Source: an uncultured Ruminococcus sp. (GTDB lineage: Bacteria; Bacillota; Clostridia; Lachnospirales; Lachnospiraceae). Taken from it: a stretch of DNA of 64,000 nt. The notes beneath the pieces are model-generated. The model did not search any database and was not told the DNA's origin. It saw only the letters and a program-made list of their open reading frames with translations. Numbering within the stretch: the stretch's first letter is position 1; each line of letters starts with the position of its first letter. This document shows positions 58,108 to 64,000 of this stretch, in pieces. The translations under genes were made by a program, and so were the position numbers. The stretch lies in NCBI GenBank assembly GCA_904418845.1, contig CAJFQC010000010.1:2329-66328 (forward strand), given 5' to 3'.

Positions 58108-58242
58108 TTATTTCTTCTGATCCATTACCTGCTTCAAAAGGTCTGTCATATCAGACAGGTCCTCCTGATACACCGCGTCCTCGATCTCTTCCACCTCAAG
58201 GCTGGGCTTGAATTTTCTCAGTTCCTCTTCGTAATCCAGCAT
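58108..58242 (-). CDS. 44-aa acidic hypothetical protein (below the ORF-track cutoff)
   Basis: MLDYEEELRKFKPSLEVEEIEDAVYQEDLSDMTDLLKQVMDQKK; ATG abuts the folC stop, with a GGAGGT RBS inside the folC end. Confidence 0.7.
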   Translation of the reverse strand: MLDYEEELRKFKPSLEVEEIEDAVYQEDLSDMTDLLKQVMDQKK

Positions 58243-59526
58243 CTATATGACCTCCTGAACTAATTCCCTTATTTTCCCTGTCAGATACAGTGAGCCAAGA
58301 CAGTAGATGCGCCGTTCGCCCTGATGTTCAAGCACGAATGTAAATGCTTCCTCCACAGACTCCCTCACTATGACAGGCTGTTCCGTATATTCCCTGAAGA
58401 TTTTTGCCAGCACCCGGGCGTCTGTCCCCCGGCCTCCGCTGATATGCGTCACAACGAACAGATCAGCCTGAACCCGGCCGCACAGACACCGGATCATCCT
58501 CCTGTAATCTTTATCCTGAACTGCAGAGAACAAAACGATGTTTCTCCGCCCTTCCTGCGGAACGCTCTGTGCAAACGCTTCCATCGCGCTGACATTGTGC
58601 GCCCCGTCGATATATACCTCCGGCAGGACTTCTTCCATACGACCTGCCCATTTTAACTCCGCCAGAGTCTCCCGCCACCTCTTCGGATGACCATTCTCCC
58701 CGAAGAGATACTGCATCACTTCCATGGCAAGCATGGCGTTGTGCGGCTGGTAAACTCCGGTATTGTTTAATTTCCACGTGGTAGTTCCATAATAAGCACT
58801 GAGACAGGAAAATGCAATATGTTTGTCCTCTATTCCAAGAATTTCGAACGCATCTTTCCCGATTTTTTTACAGAAACTCCCCTGTTCCTTCGCGGCACTT
58901 TCGATCACGCAATCACTCTCCTCCGCTGTCTCCGCGTAGAACACCGGCACGCCCGGACGGATGATCCCCGCCTTTTCCCGCGCGATCTCTTCCAAAGTGT
59001 CTCCGAGATGCTCCATGTGATCCAGGCCGATAGACGTGATCGCGCAGACAATGGGATGCTCAATGGATCTGGTGGCGTCCTTCCTGCCGCCGAGCCCGGT
59101 CTCAATGACCGCGTATTCCACTCCCGCGTCGGCAAAAGCGCTCACCGCCATGCCGAACAAAAACTCGAAGAACGTCGGATGGGAGAGCCCTTCCGCCTCC
59201 ATGCGGCGTACCGCTTCCAGGGTCTTTTCAAATATCCTTGTGAAATCATCATCACTTATCTGTTCCCCGTCAATAGCGATCCTCTCATTAATGTTCACCA
59301 GATGGGGGGATGTAAAAAGCCCCGTCCGTTTTCCCTCCGAACGGAGCATGCTGTCAAGATACGCGCACACAGAGCCTTTTCCGTTGGTCCCCGCTACGTG
59401 GAGTACCTTCAGACGCTCCTGAGGGTTCCCAATATATCTTAAAAAGGTCTTTGTGTGACGCGCGTCATTCTTCTTAGTAAATTTGGGAATATTCAGTATA
59501 TATCCTGTCGCTTCAATGTATGTCAT
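58243..59526 (-). CDS. folC: Folylpolyglutamate synthase / dihydrofolate synthase
   Basis: HVAGTNGKGS, FTSPHL..ERI, ETGLGGR, IDGAHN, GSLYL. Confidence 0.95.
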   Translation of the reverse strand: MTYIEATGYILNIPKFTKKNDARHTKTFLRYIGNPQERLKVLHVAGTNGKGSVCAYLDSMLRSEGKRTGLFTSPHLVNINERIAIDGEQISDDDFTRIFEKTLEAVRRMEAEGLSHPTFFEFLFGMAVSAFADAGVEYAVIETGLGGRKDATRSIEHPIVCAITSIGLDHMEHLGDTLEEIAREKAGIIRPGVPVFYAETAEESDCVIESAAKEQGSFCKKIGKDAFEILGIEDKHIAFSCLSAYYGTTTWKLNNTGVYQPHNAMLAMEVMQYLFGENGHPKRWRETLAELKWAGRMEEVLPEVYIDGAHNVSAMEAFAQSVPQEGRRNIVLFSAVQDKDYRRMIRCLCGRVQADLFVVTHISGGRGTDARVLAKIFREYTEQPVIVRESVEEAFTFVLEHQGERRIYCLGSLYLTGKIRELVQEVI

Positions 59527-61742
59527 TCTTCCGTCTCTTCTTCCTGTTTCACGAACGCCTGTCTTCCGTTCTCCGGCGCATCCGCATCTTCCGGAAGATT
59601 CGCCAGCGTGCCTCCGCTGTACTCGTAAGATGCAGACTCCCGGAAAATTGTATTGCTGGAACCGACCTGGGCCACCATGATCGTGTCGCCGTCATTTAAC
59701 TGTGATTCTTTCAGGTCGAGCCTCGTGTTGTTCAAAAACGTCGTGGTCTGCTTCTCACCGTTGATGTAGACTTTACTCTGCTTTGTAAAATTATCGCCGT
59801 AGATACTGTAAGTTCCGTCCTTCTGTGTGACGACCTCGGAAATCCCCGCGTCCTTCACACCCATGACCATATGTCCTTCTGTGATCGGTGCTCCGCTCTC
59901 CTCGTAAACATACTGTCCGCCGTACATGATATCGTACTGTAGAAGTTCCAGATCGGCAAGATAATCTTTCGTCTGGCGCCGCTGCTGATGATAGTTGAAC
60001 ACAGTTCCCGTGTGGATATCAAGCCGCTCAAACACGTCCGCCATGACCTGATACGCGGCAATGTTCCCATCCTGTTTTTCCAGACCGATATTGTCCCATA
60101 TCACATAGTTTGTATTGTAAAGATACTTGCTCTTTAAGTCCTTGGCCTCCAGATTCATAGTCGGAAGATGATCCCCGTAAAATACAAGCACTGTGGGCTC
60201 ATTTCTGGACTCTACCGCCTCGATCAGCTCGCCTGCGAATTTGTCCATCTCATGAACCAGATTCACATAATATTCCCACGCGTTACGCTCGCCTTCCTCC
60301 TCAACTCCGCTGACGATGATCTCCGGGTTCTCCAGCACTTTCTCCGTGGGATATTCCCCATGGCCTTCCACGCTGACCGTGAATACAAAGTCCCGTCCTT
60401 CTGTGGTATCCATGGACTCCATAATGTTCGGCACAAGGATATCATCCGTCGCCCAGCCCTTCGGCGTCGTCTGCAAAATGTTCATGAACTCCTTGCTCGT
60501 ATAGTGGTCAAATCCCATATTGTTGAACACTTGTGCGCGGCTGTAGAAGTTTCCGCCGTTGTTGTGCAGCGCCTCCGCGCCGTACCCCAGCATTTTAAGG
60601 GCGGATGCCGCGCTCTCCAGCGTCTTTGTCTTCGCATAGGTCTTGTACGGATATTCACCCGGACCGAAAAAACGCATACTCATGCCGGTAAGCACCTCAA
60701 ACTCTGTGTTCGCTGTTCCCGCTCCCACGGACGGCACTTTAAAATACCCGGTGGAGTATTCATTGAACAGCTTTCTTAAGTTGGGAATCGGGTCTTCTGA
60801 GAAGCGGAGCCACTCCACTTCTGTCGGATCAAAGAAGGATTCGAGCTGCACGAATACAATATTGGGGAGCTCTTCCGCGCTTCTTCCTGTCTCACTCTTT
60901 GTAAGCTGTCCGTCACCGCTGATGCCCGCCATTGTCTCCTCGCTGTATCCGCCCGGTTTGTTGATTCCCGTATTGAACAGACTCGCTGAAAAACAGTACG
61001 GGAAACCGTAGTCCTCATAGGCAAAGGCGATATTTCCGAAGTAGTTGGATATGACCCTTTTGTCGATGGCTTCCTCGGTAAGCCACATGCACACCCCGAA
61101 AGAGGCCGCCACACCGCCCAGTGCGATGACTCGGTGCATCTTCCCGGTAAACTGCCCCCCTCTGCGCCACATAGATACGACCCAGAATGCAAGCGCCACC
61201 ACACCGATGATGATCATAACCAGCTCAAAGGTATTAAAGTAGTTCCCTGTCAGTTCCAGTGCATCCGAGAGGACTTTTAAATCCTGCGCGTTAAACGGCG
61301 TCACCCTTTTTGTCAGCAGATAGCCGTTGCAGATACCTAAGAATATCCAGAATACACTGATCAGGATCCTTGCGAACACCCTTCTTCGCACGAGATATAC
61401 GAGAGTAAATGTCACGAATATCATGAATGAATTATACAGGAACACCAGAGGCGTCCCCGCCAGATAATCCAACGCCTCAAAAAATGACAGGCGGGAGATC
61501 ATCTCGATCAAAAAGTTGATCACACAGGCAAGAAGATAATGAAGCGGCAGTGACAGGCGGTTCATCCATTTATACACCGGCTGCATCTTCCTTGCAAACG
61601 GGCTGTTGCGCCGCTTTTCAAGGATCTTCTGCCTTCTTTCTTTTCTCTCCTTAAAATGTTGTTTAAGATCTTCTTTTTTCAGATTCCTGATCTTTGTAAT
61701 AAATCCTTTGATGTCGGGCTTTTTGATGCGGATCTTTTTCAT
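59523..61742 (-). CDS. LTA synthase family (alkaline phosphatase/sulfatase superfamily) membrane protein
   Basis: 5 N-terminal TMs, [30 protein letters not shown]. Confidence 0.9.
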   Translation of the reverse strand: MKKIRIKKPDIKGFITKIRNLKKEDLKQHFKERKERRQKILEKRRNSPFARKMQPVYKWMNRLSLPLHYLLACVINFLIEMISRLSFFEALDYLAGTPLVFLYNSFMIFVTFTLVYLVRRRVFARILISVFWIFLGICNGYLLTKRVTPFNAQDLKVLSDALELTGNYFNTFELVMIIIGVVALAFWVVSMWRRGGQFTGKMHRVIALGGVAASFGVCMWLTEEAIDKRVISNYFGNIAFAYEDYGFPYCFSASLFNTGINKPGGYSEETMAGISGDGQLTKSETGRSAEELPNIVFVQLESFFDPTEVEWLRFSEDPIPNLRKLFNEYSTGYFKVPSVGAGTANTEFEVLTGMSMRFFGPGEYPYKTYAKTKTLESAASALKMLGYGAEALHNNGGNFYSRAQVFNNMGFDHYTSKEFMNILQTTPKGWATDDILVPNIMESMDTTEGRDFVFTVSVEGHGEYPTEKVLENPEIIVSGVEEEGERNAWEYYVNLVHEMDKFAGELIEAVESRNEPTVLVFYGDHLPTMNLEAKDLKSKYLYNTNYVIWDNIGLEKQDGNIAAYQVMADVFERLDIHTGTVFNYHQQRRQTKDYLADLELLQYDIMYGGQYVYEESGAPITEGHMVMGVKDAGISEVVTQKDGTYSIYGDNFTKQSKVYINGEKQTTTFLNNTRLDLKESQLNDGDTIMVAQVGSSNTIFRESASYEYSGGTLANLPEDADAPENGRQAFVKQEEETEE

Positions 61743-64000
61743 TTTCCAAGTCCTTCCATTCGCTCCCTGACCTGAGCGAGCATCTGTGTATATTTTTCGA
61801 GTTTCGCCCTCTCCTCCTGTACTTTCGCCTCCGGGGCCTTGCTGATGAACTTCTCGTTCGCAAGCATGCCTTCCGCGCGTTTAATCTCTTTCTTTAATCT
61901 CTCTTCCTCTTTTTTCAGTCTCTCGAGCTCCTGCCCTAAATCCACCAGATCCTCAAGCGGCAAATATACGACTGCGTCCGGAACGACTACAGACACCGCG
62001 TTATCTGCCACACCGTCTTTTGTCTTCTGAATCAGGACTTCATTGGCTATCATAAGCGGCTGCGCAGAGGTCTTCACTTCTTCCATGCCCGCGCTTAAAT
62101 GCTCATCCTCACAGATGATATACACCTTCGTCTTTCGGCTGTTAGGCACATCCATTTCTGAACGGATATTGCGGATTCCTTTTGTGACAGCTTTCACATG
62201 TTCCATCACATTCTCATCTGCCGGGAAGTTCCACTCATCCTTGTACTTCGGCCACTCGGACATCATCAGTGACGCTTCCTCCGGTACCAGAGCGCTGTAT
62301 ATCTCCTCTGTGATAAACGGCATGAAAGGGTGAAGCAGCTTTAACGCCTGTCCAAGCACAGTCTTTAATACCCAGAGCACGCAGTTTGCCGCTGCCGGGT
62401 CTTCCTCTGTGTGATAGATGCGGTATTTCGCAAGCTCAACATACCAGTCGCAGAACTCATCCCAGACGAAGTCGTACACCTTCTGAACCGCGATGCCAAG
62501 CTCGAACTTATCCATGTTCTCTGTTACGTCTCTTGCCAGCGTGTTCACCGCAGACAGTATCCAGCGGTCAACCGGCGTCAGAAGGGAGTCCTCCGGCTTG
62601 TTTGCCACGTTTTCCTTCATGTTCATCAGTATGAAGCGTGACGCGTTCCATACTTTATTCGCAAAGTTGCGGCTCGCCTCTACTCTCTCATTGTAGAAAC
62701 GCATGTCATTGCCCGGCGCATTTCCGGTCACCAAAGTCAGACGCAGGGCATCCGCTCCGTAATTGTCGATGATCTCCAGCGGATCGATGCCGTTTCCAAG
62801 CGATTTACTCATCTTGCGCCCCTGTGAATCTCTCACAAGACCGTGTATGAGCACAGTGTGGAACGGCGATTTTCCTGTATGCTCAAATCCTGAGAATACC
62901 ATACGGATCACCCAGAAGAAGATAATGTCGTATCCTGTCACCAGCACGTCTGTCGGATAGAAGTAGTCCAGATCCTCTGTTTTCTCCGGCCATCCCAGTG
63001 TGGAGAACGGCCACAGTGCAGAGGAAAACCATGTATCCAGTGTATCCTCATCCTGTGTGAAACGCGCGCCTCCACAGTGCGGGCACTTCTCCGGAGCCTG
63101 TCTGTCAACGACGAACTCTCCGCACTCATCACAGTAGTAGGCCGGGATACGGTGCCCCCACCAAATCTGGCGGGAAATACACCAGTCCTTAATGTTCTCC
63201 AGCCAGTGCAGATAGATCTTATCAAAACGCTCCGGCACGAATTTCAGTTCTCCGGTTTTGAGCGCGTTGGTCGCCGGTTTCGCCAATTCTTCCATCTTCA
63301 CGAACCACTGCTGTTTGATCAGCGGTTCTACCGTCGTGCCGCAGCGGTCGTGTGTTCCTACCGCATGGCTGTGGGGTTCTGTCTTCACCAGATATCCCTG
63401 AGCTTCTAGATCAGCCACGATTGCCTTTCTCGCCTCGTAGCGCTCCATGCCCGCGTATCTGCCCCCCTTCTCATTGATGGTGGCGTCGTCGTTCATAATA
63501 TTGATCTCCGGCAAGTTGTGGCGTTTGCCTACCTCGAAGTCGTTCGGGTCATGTGCCGGCGTGATTTTCACCGCACCTGTACCAAACTCTTTATCTACAT
63601 AGTAATCTGCCACAATGGGGATTTCCCTCTCTACAAGCGGCAGGATCACGTTCTTGCCTACGATATCCTTGTATCTCTCGTCATCCGGGTGTACCGCAAT
63701 GGCTGTATCACCCAGCATAGTCTCCGGACGTGTAGTCGCGATCTCAAGGAAACGGTCTGTTCCTACGATCGGATATTTGATATGCCAGAAGTGTCCGTCC
63801 TGATCTTGATGCTCCACCTCAGCGTCAGAGAGGGATGTTTTACATTTCGGGCACCAGTTGATGATACGGGATCCTTTGTAAATGTATCCCTTCTTATATA
63901 AATTGATGAATACTTCCTCAACAGCTTTGGAGCATCCTTCATCCATCGTGAAACGCTCTCTGTCCCAGTCGCAGGAGATGCCCAGCTTCTTAAGCTGGTT
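61739..64000 (-). CDS. valS: Valyl-tRNA synthetase, partial (5' end beyond window)
   Basis: The frame continues past the ORF-track Met to the window edge ([20 protein letters not shown]); ATTRPET, DTWFSS, GRKMSKS, C-terminal coiled coil. Confidence 0.98.
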   Translation of the reverse strand, partial: NQLKKLGISCDWDRERFTMDEGCSKAVEEVFINLYKKGYIYKGSRIINWCPKCKTSLSDAEVEHQDQDGHFWHIKYPIVGTDRFLEIATTRPETMLGDTAIAVHPDDERYKDIVGKNVILPLVEREIPIVADYYVDKEFGTGAVKITPAHDPNDFEVGKRHNLPEINIMNDDATINEKGGRYAGMERYEARKAIVADLEAQGYLVKTEPHSHAVGTHDRCGTTVEPLIKQQWFVKMEELAKPATNALKTGELKFVPERFDKIYLHWLENIKDWCISRQIWWGHRIPAYYCDECGEFVVDRQAPEKCPHCGGARFTQDEDTLDTWFSSALWPFSTLGWPEKTEDLDYFYPTDVLVTGYDIIFFWVIRMVFSGFEHTGKSPFHTVLIHGLVRDSQGRKMSKSLGNGIDPLEIIDNYGADALRLTLVTGNAPGNDMRFYNERVEASRNFANKVWNASRFILMNMKENVANKPEDSLLTPVDRWILSAVNTLARDVTENMDKFELGIAVQKVYDFVWDEFCDWYVELAKYRIYHTEEDPAAANCVLWVLKTVLGQALKLLHPFMPFITEEIYSALVPEEASLMMSEWPKYKDEWNFPADENVMEHVKAVTKGIRNIRSEMDVPNSRKTKVYIICEDEHLSAGMEEVKTSAQPLMIANEVLIQKTKDGVADNAVSVVVPDAVVYLPLEDLVDLGQELERLKKEEERLKKEIKRAEGMLANEKFISKAPEAKVQEERAKLEKYTQMLAQVRERMEGLGK

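Noticed and set aside
63946-64000. valS starting at Met 63946
   Set aside because: The frame stays open to the window edge and the HIGH-motif region is missing, so the true start and any T-box lie outside the window.

Overview
The window is chromosomal DNA from a spore-forming, Lachnospiraceae-like gut Firmicute, inferred from gene content and order. Bases 1 to about 7.75 kb (minus strand) are the promoter-proximal end of a Clostridiales-type integrative/conjugative element. It encodes a DUF5720-like protein, an HTH/DUF6017 replication-initiator-like gene split by a 1-nt shift in a G7 run (with 15-bp iteron-like repeats), a DUF3991-toprim protein, an XRE HTH, an LPD1 zincin-type polyvalent protein and a DUF3846/YodL protein. 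The rest is host backbone: transporters; tmRNA plus tRNA-Ala(CGC) and tRNA-Val(GAC); a YtrA-like GntR-ABC operon; a glpP-glpK-glpF-oxidoreductase operon converging on dhaKLM; LysR/YeiH; an aminotransferase; a 6S-like RNA candidate; glmM; spoIIR, ispE and a SPOCS coat protein; plsC; a GH31 glucosidase; a MacB-like ABC fusion; spoIIAA-AB-sigF-spoVAA-AB; folC; an LTA synthase; and a partial valS. The most striking unexplained element is a 64-aa ORF at the end of the glp operon (31052-31246). It has a bacteriocin-leader-like N-terminus and three DDKTCGLTDMNC cores whose DNA copies differ only synonymously. No CRISPR array, rRNA or integrase is present in the window. All family names come from motif recognition, not from database searches.
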